Origin: a virus
DNA: 64,000 bases
Strand: one strand, 5' to 3'
IMG/VR virus record: IMGVR_UViG_3300045922_001133
Location: 1,996 to 65,995 of that record
In this document: positions 9,481-19,113 of the stretch, one piece after another
Numbering within the stretch: position 1 is the first letter of the stretch
How the letters are laid out: the number at the start of each line of letters is the position of its first letter
Notes under the pieces: generated by a model
The model's input: the letters and a program-made list of their open reading frames with translations, nothing else
Told to the model about the DNA's origin: nothing
Database searches by the model: none
Made by a program: the position numbers and the translations under genes

Positions 9481-10379
9481 TTCACCCCCGGGTCGGTGTA
9501 CGTCGTGCCGTAGAGGGAGAAGATCTTCGGGATCTCCTCGTCCTCGAAGTTCGAGAGGTTGTGCGGGTTGGTGAAGTTCCGCGCCGGCGAGAGCCAGAGG
9601 TCCTTGAGCGCTTCACCCATGTTGAGCGGGATGTTGTACTCGACGTCGCTCTGAGGAATGCGATGGAGCTGGAGCTCGTAGTGAACCGGCGACCGGACCT
9701 GCTCGGTCTGGTTCACCGCGACGACGCGCCAACGGATGTTCTCCGCTTCGATGAGGAGGTCGCGCGGCTTCACGTTGCCGATGTTCACGATGCGCGCGCT
9801 CGTGTTGAGCTGCTGCGTCGTACCGACCTGCGTGACGATTTCCCTCTTCGTGTCCTGCGCATCAATCTGCGCGAAGACCTCGATCGGGTGGAGGTAGCCG
9901 CGGGTGAAGCCCGTGTCAAAGCAGAGCGTGCATCCCGAGCGCGTACGCTTCTGCAGCGTCTGGTGCCAGCAAGTGCAGCGCTGTCCGAACGTGCGGACGG
10001 GAAGAAGCCAGCAGCGACGCCCAGTGAACTCGCGAAAGAGGAGCGCCATGTGCCGGCGTAGCTCCTTCGCGATGAGGTCGGCTTCCGCCTCCTGCAGCAC
10101 AGGGCCGTAGTCCTTGAAGTCACCGCTCGGAACATGGGTGACGCGGACGACGTAGTGAAGCGCCCGGAACGCGTTGAACGGCTTCGTGAAGCGATCGTAG
10201 AAGATGAAGCGGTCCTGAAAGGGCGACGAGAGCTTGTCCCAAGGGCCCGCCGCGGACTCCGAACGCAAGATCTCGAACTGGTAGTCGAGGACATCCTCCG
10301 CGGTGTCCTTGATCTGCCAGGTGATCTCGGTGAAGTCGACGTCGAGCGACCTCACCTTGATGCGCGAGACCTCCAACAT
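9477..10379 (-). CDS. putative neck/head-closure protein with FN3-like N-terminus and Cys cluster
   Basis: 300 aa; ITWQ...YQFEILRSESAAGPW...YVVRV (FN3-like); RCTC...CTLCFDTGF putative Zn site. Confidence 0.55.
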   Translation of the reverse strand: MLEVSRIKVRSLDVDFTEITWQIKDTAEDVLDYQFEILRSESAAGPWDKLSSPFQDRFIFYDRFTKPFNAFRALHYVVRVTHVPSGDFKDYGPVLQEAEADLIAKELRRHMALLFREFTGRRCWLLPVRTFGQRCTCWHQTLQKRTRSGCTLCFDTGFTRGYLHPIEVFAQIDAQDTKREIVTQVGTTQQLNTSARIVNIGNVKPRDLLIEAENIRWRVVAVNQTEQVRSPVHYELQLHRIPQSDVEYNIPLNMGEALKDLWLSPARNFTNPHNLSNFEDEEIPKIFSLYGTTYTDPGVK

Positions 10380-11401
10380 CAGACCTCGAGGGCCCGCGCC
10401 GCGTTGTAGAACCGGGCCGCCGCCTTCATGCGCTGAACGTTGTTCTTCCCCGGGAGCACGCGCCCGCGAGCCGCGTCGAGGCGATCGAGCGCGCGCATCG
10501 CGTGCGCCCGGAGCGGAGCGTTCTCGGGGAGCGGCGGCTTCGGCATGACGGAGTACTGCGTCGGGTTCTCGGCCTTCCCGATCGCGCCGCGCGCCCTGTC
10601 CGCAAGGCTCTTCACGTAGCTGGCGGTGGCATCGGTGAAGCTCTTGCCGCGCGGGCCCGACATCCGCATCCCGATACCTTTCGCGGCGGCGCCGGCCCCG
10701 GCGCCGAGACCTGCGCCCACGAGCGCACCGCCGAGACGGTTGTCCTTGCCACCGGCGAGCGCGCCGACACCCGCGCCGATGCCGGCGCCGACGAGCTTCG
10801 GGTTCGCCTTCGCGATCGAGAGCGCGGCGTTCAGCATGTTCGAGCCGAGCTTGTCCATGAGGTCGGACAGGTGGACGCCCTGCCGCGCGAGCGCGAGCCC
10901 CTTGCCCGCCTTGGCGAAGGAGAGCTTCTGCGGCTCGGCGTCAGGCCCGGCGTCGCCAGGCGCGCCGGCACCTTGGGCCTCGTCGTTCGGGACAACCGCC
11001 ATCGGCTGCTCGGGACCTTTCGTCGGCGCCACAGAGCCGTCGCGCTGCGCCGCGACGAGGTCGAGGTCGAGCATCTTCTTCTGGAGGCGGATCTGGTCGC
11101 GCGCCCGGTAGATCGCGTCGCTCTGCTCGTGCGGCGCGGTCTGGGCGACCTCCAACTCGAGCTCAGCCTTCTCGAGCGCGAGCGCCTGGTCGAAGAGGGG
11201 CGTGCCCTTGTACTTCTCGAGCCAGGTCCGGCCTTCTTCGTCGGGCGAGCACTCGGCGAACGATAGCTTCACCTCCCCGGACGCGAGCTTGCGGAGGTCC
11301 TCCTCCGGCAGCGTGGAGAGGACGTTCGCGAGCTTCACACTCTCCGACTGACGGAGCTCGTGGTCGTAGGCAACGGTGAGAAAGGTATCGAGCATGGTCA
11401 T
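10379..11401 (-). CDS. hypothetical virion protein with glycine-zipper segment
   Basis: 340 aa; LVGAGIGAGVGALAGG...LGGALVGAGLGAGAGAAAKG; RKLASG motif. Confidence 0.7.
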   Translation of the reverse strand: MTMLDTFLTVAYDHELRQSESVKLANVLSTLPEEDLRKLASGEVKLSFAECSPDEEGRTWLEKYKGTPLFDQALALEKAELELEVAQTAPHEQSDAIYRARDQIRLQKKMLDLDLVAAQRDGSVAPTKGPEQPMAVVPNDEAQGAGAPGDAGPDAEPQKLSFAKAGKGLALARQGVHLSDLMDKLGSNMLNAALSIAKANPKLVGAGIGAGVGALAGGKDNRLGGALVGAGLGAGAGAAAKGIGMRMSGPRGKSFTDATASYVKSLADRARGAIGKAENPTQYSVMPKPPLPENAPLRAHAMRALDRLDAARGRVLPGKNNVQRMKAAARFYNAARALEV

Positions 11402-14142
11402 CCTCGGATGGTGTGGGCGAGTTCACGGATTATCGGGCCGGCCGTCGAGCCGGCCCGGGCGCCGAGCGCGGCGCCGAGAGCGATGGCCGCAGTCGGGTGC
11501 TTCTGCGCGAGCTCGCCGGCGGCGAGGCGCATCTTCGCCTGCGCGATGTTGAGGGCGTTGCCGAAGCTGCCCGATCCGGACTGCTCGGCGGCCTCGAGCT
11601 TCTGCACCTTGCTCCGGAGCTTTTCGTTCGAGGCCCCACGCGACCGGTTCTCGATCGCTGTGACGCCGGCGCCGATACCGGCGCCGACGAGTCCGCCGAT
11701 GAGCCGATCGCGCAAGGCAGCCTCTTTGTACTCCGGCGTCTCGCCGGGAGCGGACTCCGAGTACCCGATCTCCGCCGCCGGCGAAGAAGAGGGGTCGCTC
11801 GCAGTCGGGCTCACGCCGGGGCCATCCTTGCCCGGCGTAGAAGAGCCCGGCGGGGTGCCGGCGTCGCCGCTCGCCGCCGGCGTCCCTGCCTGGTTCCCTC
11901 CCGGGTCCTGACCGCCCATGAGCGCCTGTTCCTGAGCCTGCTGATCGGCCGCAGCCTGATACGCAGAGCCACCCGCCTCCATCGTCGTCGACGGCGGGAG
12001 CTGGGTGTTCACGATCCCCATGAGCTGCTGCTTCAGCCCCTGCATCGCGTCGCGCATCTGCGTCGCGAGCTGCTGCTGCTGCAGTGTCTCGTTCGAAGCC
12101 GCGAGCGACTTCTGCATCGCAGCCGCCGCCGCGGCGTTCGCCGCGTTGACCTGCTGCATCGCCTGCTCCTGGATCTGCTGCGCCTGGGCGAGCGCCTGCT
12201 GGTTCATCTCCGAGCTCATGGCGACCTGCTCCTGGAGCTGCTGGACCTGCTGCTCTGCCGCCTGAAGGCGCTGCATCGCCTCGATGAAGCGCTCGCGGTA
12301 GTACATTCTCTCCGCGGCATCCTGCGCCTGCTGCGCGGCGCTTTCCTCGGCGAGGTAGGCCTCGAGCTCGTTGGCCTCTTCACCCCCGGGCACCGGCGGC
12401 GCCGTCGGCGCGCCGCCCATCTCGGAAAGCGCGCGCTTGAACCGCTCGGCGAGCTTGGTGTGCTGGCCGGCGGCGGGGCCGGAAAGCGGGGGAGGGGGAG
12501 GGGGAGGCGGCAGGACCTTGCCCTGGGCCGCGTCGGGCAACCCCTCCGACTTCTTCTCCTTAAGAGGGCCCTTCGCCTTTCGACGAGCCCTCTGTAGGGC
12601 CGCGAGCGCGGCGATGGTGCCCACGCCGATCGCGGCGGGGGCGGTGCCGGGGCCGAGGGGGCCCTTGGGGCCGAGGAGGCCCTTCGCCTTTCGACCAACC
12701 CTCCGTACCTTTCGACCAACCCTCAGCGCCGCGGTCGCGGCGCTGTCAGCCGCGTTCCGCATGGAGGTACTGAAGGTCTTGTACTTCTTACCGGTCGGCG
12801 TCGCCCGAAGCTCCCGAAGGAGGTCCTCGGCCGAAGGCCCCTTGGCCGCCGCTTCCTTGAGGTTCCCCTCGAGGTCCATCTCGGGGACGAAGACCGTAGG
12901 CGACTTTGAGGCGAGCGCGAGCTTCATCGCCGCGCCGTGGTAGCGGAGCGTGTCGGGGTGGAAGCGCTCGACGCGGGCGGAGGCCTTCTTCTCCTTGGGA
13001 ACACGCGTCCGGACGGAGATCGGGCCGAGCTTCAGGCGCTCCTTGTATTGCGAAGGATCGTCCAACCAAGCCATGTCGCTCTCGATCCGGTCCATCTCCT
13101 TCTCTGCTTTTTCCCCACGAAGGACACGGATGAACGCCGTCTTCGCGGCAACAGCAGCGGTGTCGACAGCCTCGTCAGGCGCAGCAGCCGTCTTCGCCTT
13201 GCCCTCGGACTTCTTCTTGTGGTGAACGGCGTGCGCCGCGTGCGCGCCGCCTATCGCGCCGCCGACGGCGCCGAGCGCTGCCAGGAGAGCCTTCTCTCGC
13301 GGGGACATCTTGATGCCGAGCGCCTTCGAGCCGTAGATGGTGCCGCCAGTCAGGGCGCCGAGCGCGGCGCCGCGAAGTGCCGGATGCTTCTCATCCCCTT
13401 CGGTCATGAGACCGCCGGCGAGCGCGCCGTAGCCGGAACCGGGGAGCGGGTTCAAGAAGCCGTGGCCGAGCGCGTAGGGCTGAACCTCCTCGAACGAGGC
13501 GGCCGTCTTGCCCTCCGGAGCGGCCTCCGGGGTGACCACCGCTTCCTCGGCGGCCCCCGCCTGGGGGTCGACCACCGCCGGGGGCGTGCCCGCCGTCGCC
13601 GCGGTCTCCGCGTGGGGGAGGAGCTGCCAGAGCTCGTCGAGGTGCTCCTGTTCCTTCGTGAGGTACTCCTCGATCTTGAAGCGCGTCGGGTTGTCCTCTC
13701 CGACGAGCTTCCGGAGATGCTGCCAGTTCGCGATGCCTTCCTGCTCCATCTGGATCATCGTCTTGATGATCTCGACGGGGTCAGAGCTTGGCGGGGGCGC
13801 GGGGATGTCCGGGACTTCGACCGCGCCCCCGAGAACGCTCATCCGCCGGAGGAGGAACTCCGCGTGCTCGGTCTCGTGCTGGGCGTGGTGTTGGAGCTCC
13901 TGCGCGATCGAGTGGTGCGCGAGGTCCCGCAACGACTGCGAGTACACGATGTACGCATAGTGCGTCTTGAGCTCGTTCTGCACCATGAGCGCCATGTGCT
14001 CGAGGACTTCCTCGATGGGGGCAGCGAACTGCCCCTCTAGCACGCCCGTCTCGTCTGGAGCCGCGGTCTTCAGCTTCAGGAAGAAGGCAGCGGCCTCGTG
14101 AAGCGGGATACCGTTCTCGATTTTGAACACGGTGCTCATCAT
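11398..14142 (-). CDS. multidomain virion protein: ferritin-like di-iron domain, glycine zippers and a Gln-rich coiled coil
   Basis: 914 aa; aa 44-176 have E57, E90xxH93, E133, E164xxH167 in a four-helix pattern; repeated KTAA/KEAA motifs; GxxxG-rich segments. Confidence 0.75.
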   Translation of the reverse strand: MMSTVFKIENGIPLHEAAAFFLKLKTAAPDETGVLEGQFAAPIEEVLEHMALMVQNELKTHYAYIVYSQSLRDLAHHSIAQELQHHAQHETEHAEFLLRRMSVLGGAVEVPDIPAPPPSSDPVEIIKTMIQMEQEGIANWQHLRKLVGEDNPTRFKIEEYLTKEQEHLDELWQLLPHAETAATAGTPPAVVDPQAGAAEEAVVTPEAAPEGKTAASFEEVQPYALGHGFLNPLPGSGYGALAGGLMTEGDEKHPALRGAALGALTGGTIYGSKALGIKMSPREKALLAALGAVGGAIGGAHAAHAVHHKKKSEGKAKTAAAPDEAVDTAAVAAKTAFIRVLRGEKAEKEMDRIESDMAWLDDPSQYKERLKLGPISVRTRVPKEKKASARVERFHPDTLRYHGAAMKLALASKSPTVFVPEMDLEGNLKEAAAKGPSAEDLLRELRATPTGKKYKTFSTSMRNAADSAATAALRVGRKVRRVGRKAKGLLGPKGPLGPGTAPAAIGVGTIAALAALQRARRKAKGPLKEKKSEGLPDAAQGKVLPPPPPPPPLSGPAAGQHTKLAERFKRALSEMGGAPTAPPVPGGEEANELEAYLAEESAAQQAQDAAERMYYRERFIEAMQRLQAAEQQVQQLQEQVAMSSEMNQQALAQAQQIQEQAMQQVNAANAAAAAAMQKSLAASNETLQQQQLATQMRDAMQGLKQQLMGIVNTQLPPSTTMEAGGSAYQAAADQQAQEQALMGGQDPGGNQAGTPAASGDAGTPPGSSTPGKDGPGVSPTASDPSSSPAAEIGYSESAPGETPEYKEAALRDRLIGGLVGAGIGAGVTAIENRSRGASNEKLRSKVQKLEAAEQSGSGSFGNALNIAQAKMRLAAGELAQKHPTAAIALGAALGARAGSTAGPIIRELAHTIRG

Positions 14143-14606
14143 TCTCCCTCCGGAGCGGGCTCCTCGACGATAACCGCGATCTGCGTGCCGACGCCGAACG
14201 CTTGAACGAGGCAGGGCGCCGGCGTGCCGGGCGCGCCGTACACCAGGGTCTTGCCGCCGCCCTCGTCGCTGAAGCCGAGGAGGGCGTGTCCCTTCGGATC
14301 ACCCGGTTCGGCGAGCTCGACGCCGGCGGCAGTGACCGAGGTGAAGGCGATGCCACGGTCCACCTGCGTGACGAGGAGGCCGCTGACGGCGCCCTCGAGC
14401 TGAGACTTGATCTCGGCGAAGGTGAGGCCGCCGTCGGCGCGATCGCCCTCGACGAAGGTGTACTCCACCGCGTCGGGCTGGACGAACTTCACCTTCGTCC
14501 CAACGAGCCCGTAGACGACCGGCGGGAGCGGCTTGCCCACCAGAGTCCCCGCGAGGAACCGGTTCATCTCGTCGAGGCTGTTGAACTTGTAGGTCTTGAG
14601 CGCCAT
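14139..14606 (-). CDS. hypothetical structural protein
   Basis: 155 aa; GGAGAAG RBS; 4-nt overlap with the next gene. Confidence 0.7.
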   Translation of the reverse strand: MALKTYKFNSLDEMNRFLAGTLVGKPLPPVVYGLVGTKVKFVQPDAVEYTFVEGDRADGGLTFAEIKSQLEGAVSGLLVTQVDRGIAFTSVTAAGVELAEPGDPKGHALLGFSDEGGGKTLVYGAPGTPAPCLVQAFGVGTQIAVIVEEPAPEGE

Positions 14607-14646
14607 GGGTCAGTTCTTCTCCGTCAGCTCAGTGGCACCAGAAAGA

Positions 14647-15144
14647 TCAATATGCTGCGTACGTGGAATTCACCACCCAGTACTCACTCGACACGCCCAT
14701 GTTCGACGACCCCAGAATACCCTCGATGTTGAGAGCGACCTTCACCCTCTGCTTCATCTGGTCGGTGGTCGCCTTGAAGTACTGAAGCCATCGCATCAGT
14801 TCCGGCGCCTTGTCGTTGACGCCGACAGTGATGCCGCCGTTCGAGTAGTTGATGTGGTTCCGCACCTGTAGCATCGCGACCGATTCGAGGATCGAGATGA
14901 CCGTCATGCGGAGCATGAGGTTGTGCTGGTTCCTGTAGAGCAGGTCGTCGAGGGTGAGCGTCGTGAAGGGCGGCGTGCCGTTGAAATCGGCGAGGGCGTC
15001 CATGATGGCCCAGGCGATCTGCCGGTCCGTCGATTCGACGCCCGCGATGAGCCGGTTCAGCTCAGGGAAGTCGCGCAAGAAGAGGCGGACCAACTGAACG
15101 AAGTCCCTGGTCGTCTGCGACACACCCGGCAATCCCTGAATCAT
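14647..15144 (-). CDS. putative head-tail adaptor (neck) protein
   Basis: True start MIQGLPGV (GAGGAG RBS); 165 aa, helical; downstream of the capsid genes. Confidence 0.5.
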   Translation of the reverse strand: MIQGLPGVSQTTRDFVQLVRLFLRDFPELNRLIAGVESTDRQIAWAIMDALADFNGTPPFTTLTLDDLLYRNQHNLMLRMTVISILESVAMLQVRNHINYSNGGITVGVNDKAPELMRWLQYFKATTDQMKQRVKVALNIEGILGSSNMGVSSEYWVVNSTYAAY

Positions 15145-15160
15145 CGCGGGCTCCTCTCGC

Positions 15161-15808
15161 TCAGCGGTTCTTCTTCGACTTGTCCTTCTTCGACGAGCTC
15201 TTCGCCTCGGAGGACTTCTCCTCCGCCTGGGCGACGGCCTCGGTACCCTCCGCGGACTCCTCGCTGGACTTCTCCAGGCCGGCGAGGGTCTCGAGCGGCT
15301 GGTCCACGGGGAGAACGACGTCGGCGGCGGGGTCTCCGAGCTCGAGAAGCCCCGGAGCGGGGTCAGAGGCCTCGGGCGGAAGAACCGGGTTGTCCGTCGC
15401 AGCGACGGGCGGCTCGACCGGCATCGTGAACTCCTTCGGCGGGGCGACCTCGCGCGGGTGGACATTCATGTTGTGGCCGGTGGGCTTGTCGTTGTTCGCG
15501 CTATCGAGCGGAGGCTCGGGGCGCGGGTTCGGAAGAGGAACCGACGGAGCCGCCGGAAAGCGGTCGTCGTAGAGGTTCACGACGCGATCATCCATCGTCG
15601 TGACGTAGAGGATGCCCTCCTTCTCCTTCGTGCGGAACTCCTCGATGTGCTGCTTGAGCTGCTCGAGGCTGATCTGGACGGGGCGACCGCGCACGAGACG
15701 GCGCGTGCCGTTCATGATGAACTGCTTCAGCCCGCCATGCGTGGGCCGCTCTGCGCGCTGAAGACGCGTCGCGGTATCGCGCGCGCCGTTGTGGACCTTG
15801 AAGTTCAT
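15161..15808 (-). CDS. hypothetical protein with acidic, Pro-rich tail
   Basis: 215 aa; AGGAG RBS; directly after the MCP terminator. Confidence 0.7.
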   Translation of the reverse strand: MNFKVHNGARDTATRLQRAERPTHGGLKQFIMNGTRRLVRGRPVQISLEQLKQHIEEFRTKEKEGILYVTTMDDRVVNLYDDRFPAAPSVPLPNPRPEPPLDSANNDKPTGHNMNVHPREVAPPKEFTMPVEPPVAATDNPVLPPEASDPAPGLLELGDPAADVVLPVDQPLETLAGLEKSSEESAEGTEAVAQAEEKSSEAKSSSKKDKSKKNR

Positions 15809-15828
15809 ACTCGGCTCTCCTGGTGGTG

Positions 15829-15874
15829 AAAAGTCGAAGGGCGCCGGCGCGTTACCAGCACCGACGCCCTTCGA
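15829..15874 (-). terminator. intrinsic terminator after the major capsid gene
   Basis: Stem TCGAAGGGCG/CGCCCTTCGA (15834-15843/15865-15874), extended by G-U pairs; followed on the minus strand by CTTTTC. Confidence 0.7.
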
Positions 15875-15899
15875 TGATTCGCCGGGTGGTCTATCCCGG

Positions 15900-17021
15900 T
15901 CAGTAGGTGTTGACCTGCGGGAACTTGAGGCCGGCGTCCACGCGGTTGTTCACCGCGCCGATGGCCTCCTCGGAGACCGGGATGAAGTTCTCGAGGAGCG
16001 CGTCCGCGTTCGTCACCGGGTTGGCGTCGGCGGAGTAGAGCTCCAACTTGCGGCAAGCCGCGATGTTGATGATCCCCATGCCGATGTCCTCCCAGGCCTG
16101 GAACGTGATGAGGTTCGCGATCTTGTCGATGTAGAACTTCGTCGCGTTCAAGACATAGAACTTCCCGAAGAACTCCGGCTTCGTGAAGCAGTACACGTTG
16201 CCCGGACGGAGGATGTCCGTCTTGATGGTGCGGACGTACGGCCGGCCCATCAGGGTGTTGTACTTGTAGCCGTCGACGGCCGTCTCCGACTGGAGGCGAT
16301 CGCCGAAGTCCTCGACCGTCCACTGGAGAAGGTCGTCCCAGTCGACCTCCGTCATCAAGAGACGCTCCGCCCGGAGGCGGTTGCCGTCGAGCATCTTGAA
16401 GAGCCGGACGATGTCCGGGCGCTGGACGGGGCGAACGACCGCGTCGTTGGTCGTCGCGGTGCGAGCGAGCTCTCCCTTCGCGACCGAGAACTCGACCGGC
16501 GGCGAGTTCTGGATCGCCGAGGCGTTGAGCGCCGCCGGCGTACCGCCGTTCGCCTCCACCTGGAGCGCCTGGACGGCCGCCTCCACGTGGATGATGAACT
16601 CGCGGTCCTCGACCTCCTGGATGTCCTTCACCGAGTTCTCCTCGATGATCTTGGTGATGGGCATCTCGTAGGCGAGAAGCTCCTGCTCCGTCTTCTGGAA
16701 GATCTCGCTCGCGATCGTGAAGAACGCGATCTCGGCCTTCGGGCCGCGGATGAAGCGGGCCTTCGGCTGGCCGCGGAAGGTGACGCTCATTGCGCGCGAG
16801 CGGGGCTCGACATCGACGATCTTCACCAGGGTGTCGTGGTTGACCGACCGCTGGCAATCGGCGCGGGTAACCTGTTCCGGTGGCAGGATCTTGCGGGCGA
16901 AGGAGACCTCGCGCAGGCGGTCGCGGATGTACGCGCCGCCGTACTCGGCGATCTTTTCCTTGCCCTCGGCCGACCCGAGCTTGGTCGCGAAGAGGTCGTT
17001 CAGAACACGGGGGGAAACCAT
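15900..17021 (-). CDS. major capsid protein (HK97-fold)
   Basis: 373 aa; AAGGAG RBS; position after protease, scaffold and decoration genes; strong terminator downstream; MCP-like segments (RDRLREVSFARKILP; KIIEENSVKDIQEVED). Confidence 0.8.
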   Translation of the reverse strand: MVSPRVLNDLFATKLGSAEGKEKIAEYGGAYIRDRLREVSFARKILPPEQVTRADCQRSVNHDTLVKIVDVEPRSRAMSVTFRGQPKARFIRGPKAEIAFFTIASEIFQKTEQELLAYEMPITKIIEENSVKDIQEVEDREFIIHVEAAVQALQVEANGGTPAALNASAIQNSPPVEFSVAKGELARTATTNDAVVRPVQRPDIVRLFKMLDGNRLRAERLLMTEVDWDDLLQWTVEDFGDRLQSETAVDGYKYNTLMGRPYVRTIKTDILRPGNVYCFTKPEFFGKFYVLNATKFYIDKIANLITFQAWEDIGMGIINIAACRKLELYSADANPVTNADALLENFIPVSEEAIGAVNNRVDAGLKFPQVNTY

Positions 17022-17066
17022 GTGTTGTTCTCCTTCTTCTTCCTTCTGGTTCTTGCCCGGGTTGCC

Positions 17067-17609
17067 TCAGGTCGTGCCGTTCTGAACGGCCCAGCCCGAG
17101 ATGAACCGGAGCCGGCCGCCGTTGGAAGCGGGGAGACGAGTGACGTAACCGACGATCGGGACGTTCGAGGTGAACGCCCGGCCGACGAGACCGGAGTAGT
17201 TGCGACTGCCGAGGGTGATCGTCATGACGCTCAGCGGCTGGAGCATCGTGTTGATGGCCGCGTTGCCGGAGCCGTTGATGTTCGCGGCGACGTCGAAGAT
17301 ACGCGTCTCGAACTCGTACTGACCGAGCAGGAGGATGGGCATCTTGCGCTCCGCCATCGCCTGGACGTCGTAACGCCCACGCTCGGCGAAGAGGGGAAAC
17401 GAAAGCGTCGTCGCCGCGTCGCCGACGGTCGTCACGTTCGTAGCGCGCACGAGCTTGCCGCTGGAGTTGAACGTCACCCACTCGCCGTCCACGAGGCAGA
17501 CCGCGTTGTCGGGGCTCGCCAGGGTGGGGTCGGCCAGGGGGACGTCACGCCGGTGGATCGACTCGATGGGCGACACCGGCTCGAAGTTGACCTTCTGCAC
17601 CGTAGACAT
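17067..17609 (-). CDS. putative capsid decoration/cement protein
   Basis: 180 aa, beta-rich, immediately upstream of the MCP; TAGGAG RBS. Confidence 0.55.
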   Translation of the reverse strand: MSTVQKVNFEPVSPIESIHRRDVPLADPTLASPDNAVCLVDGEWVTFNSSGKLVRATNVTTVGDAATTLSFPLFAERGRYDVQAMAERKMPILLLGQYEFETRIFDVAANINGSGNAAINTMLQPLSVMTITLGSRNYSGLVGRAFTSNVPIVGYVTRLPASNGGRLRFISGWAVQNGTT

Positions 17610-17659
17610 GTGGTTGTTCTCCTATTCCTTCGTTGCTGCTGACGCAGGTCGGGACGGCG

Positions 17660-18025
17660 TCAGCCGATGCCGCCCAGGATGAATCGTTCGAACTCCGACG
17701 GACCGCCGGAGGTGTGTCCCTCGTCGCTCGTGAGGTGGGCGATCTTCTGGCCCATGTTCGGGCCCACGAGATCGACCGCCTCCGCGATCTTCTCGAGGCG
17801 ACCGCTTGCGGCGGCCTTCTCGAGCTGATCGACGAGATCCTTGATAGGGACGTCGAGGCTGATGCCCTTCTCGTGCATCGCATGCGCGACCTTCTCGGCC
17901 TCTTCCCGCTGCATGCGCGCCTGGGCCTCCTTCTTCCAGAAGTCCCGCTCCGCCGCGAGCTTGCGGAGGGTTTCGGGGACCTGGGAGAGGACCAACTGCA
18001 CCTGCTCTGCGCTCAACTTCTTCAT
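17660..18025 (-). CDS. putative scaffold-associated helical protein
   Basis: 121 aa, coiled-coil; KLSA, KLAA, EKVA, EKAAAS, QKIA motifs. Confidence 0.55.
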   Translation of the reverse strand: MKKLSAEQVQLVLSQVPETLRKLAAERDFWKKEAQARMQREEAEKVAHAMHEKGISLDVPIKDLVDQLEKAAASGRLEKIAEAVDLVGPNMGQKIAHLTSDEGHTSGGPSEFERFILGGIG

Positions 18026-18028
18026 GGC

Positions 18029-19033
18029 TCAGCCCGCCTTCTTGGCGGTAGACTCCGCCATCTTCTTGAGGAGGGCCCGCGCCGCGGCCGTCTTGACCTG
18101 GCCGGAGGACGAGATCTTCACGCCGGCCTCGCCCGTGTGAGCGAACGCCTTCTGGAGCGTGTTGTCCGTCGCCGACGTGAGCGCGGGCTCGTTGAAGTAC
18201 TGCTTCAGCTCCGCCTTGCGGGGAGCGTACGCCGTGCCCTTCTTGTAGTCCTTCGCTGCCTCGTTCGAATGAACGAGGGAGCGGGGACCCTGCGGGGCGC
18301 CGGCGGCGGGTTGACCGCCGGGCTCCTCGGACGCCGACGTCTCCGGGGGGACCGCGGCGCCGGCGGAGATCTTCGCCGGGTTGATCGCGTCCTCGGCGAC
18401 CTTCGTGGACGCGAGGAAGTAGTCGACGAGCGTGGCGGGGGCCGAGGCCTCCTTCTTGTCGTCATCCTTCTTCGCGAACGGGGGCGCCTTCTTGCCGTCG
18501 CCCTTCTTCGGCGGGCACTCGGCCGCCTTCACGCCGGCGAGCTTCGCGAGCCGCGCGCGCGTGATGTCGGTGACGCCCGCCGTCTTGCCCTTGCCGCCAC
18601 TGAGCGCGGTGGTCTGGGTGCCGGGGACATGGTGGTGCGCCGTGTTCTCCATCTGGGTCGCGGCGCCGGCGACGGCCTTCTGGGTGCCGGGGTGCTGCGG
18701 GGGCTGGGCGTGGCCCTTCCCCTGGCCCGACGGCGTGAAGACCTGGGTCTGGCTCTGCTGCGACGCGCTCACGCCGTCGGGCGGAACCGCGGAGTTCGAG
18801 GCCGCCTTCACGATCTCGGGAAGCGCGTACTCGACGGCGTTCGCGAGCTTGATCGCGAACTCCGTGGAGACGGTCTCCTCGTCGAGGGCAGCGGGGGCGG
18901 AAGCTTCCTTGGCGGTGCCCTCCGAGAGGCCCACCTGACGCGCACCCTCGGCCGCGATCGCGGCGGCGCGAGCGTCCTTGGAAAGCGCCTCCTTGACGAG
19001 GTCCTGGATGAGGGGGCGGGACGTCATGTTCAT
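18029..19033 (-). CDS. low-complexity prohead core/scaffold-like protein
   Basis: 334 aa; Ala/Lys/Pro-rich; about ten K-x-A/S motifs; AAGGA RBS. Confidence 0.6.
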   Translation of the reverse strand: MNMTSRPLIQDLVKEALSKDARAAAIAAEGARQVGLSEGTAKEASAPAALDEETVSTEFAIKLANAVEYALPEIVKAASNSAVPPDGVSASQQSQTQVFTPSGQGKGHAQPPQHPGTQKAVAGAATQMENTAHHHVPGTQTTALSGGKGKTAGVTDITRARLAKLAGVKAAECPPKKGDGKKAPPFAKKDDDKKEASAPATLVDYFLASTKVAEDAINPAKISAGAAVPPETSASEEPGGQPAAGAPQGPRSLVHSNEAAKDYKKGTAYAPRKAELKQYFNEPALTSATDNTLQKAFAHTGEAGVKISSSGQVKTAAARALLKKMAESTAKKAG

Positions 19034-19113
19034 GTTCGGGTTCCTTGGGGCGAGACGTCGGAATCTGAAGCGGTGAGGGGCCGGACCCCGGAAGGAGTCC
19101 GGCCCGGATGGGT

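Noticed and set aside
19078-19107. Hairpin GGGCCGGAC...GTCCGGCCC as a terminator
   Set aside because: The stem is real but has no U-tract on the coding strand; it may be an RNA-stability element, but there is not enough support to call it
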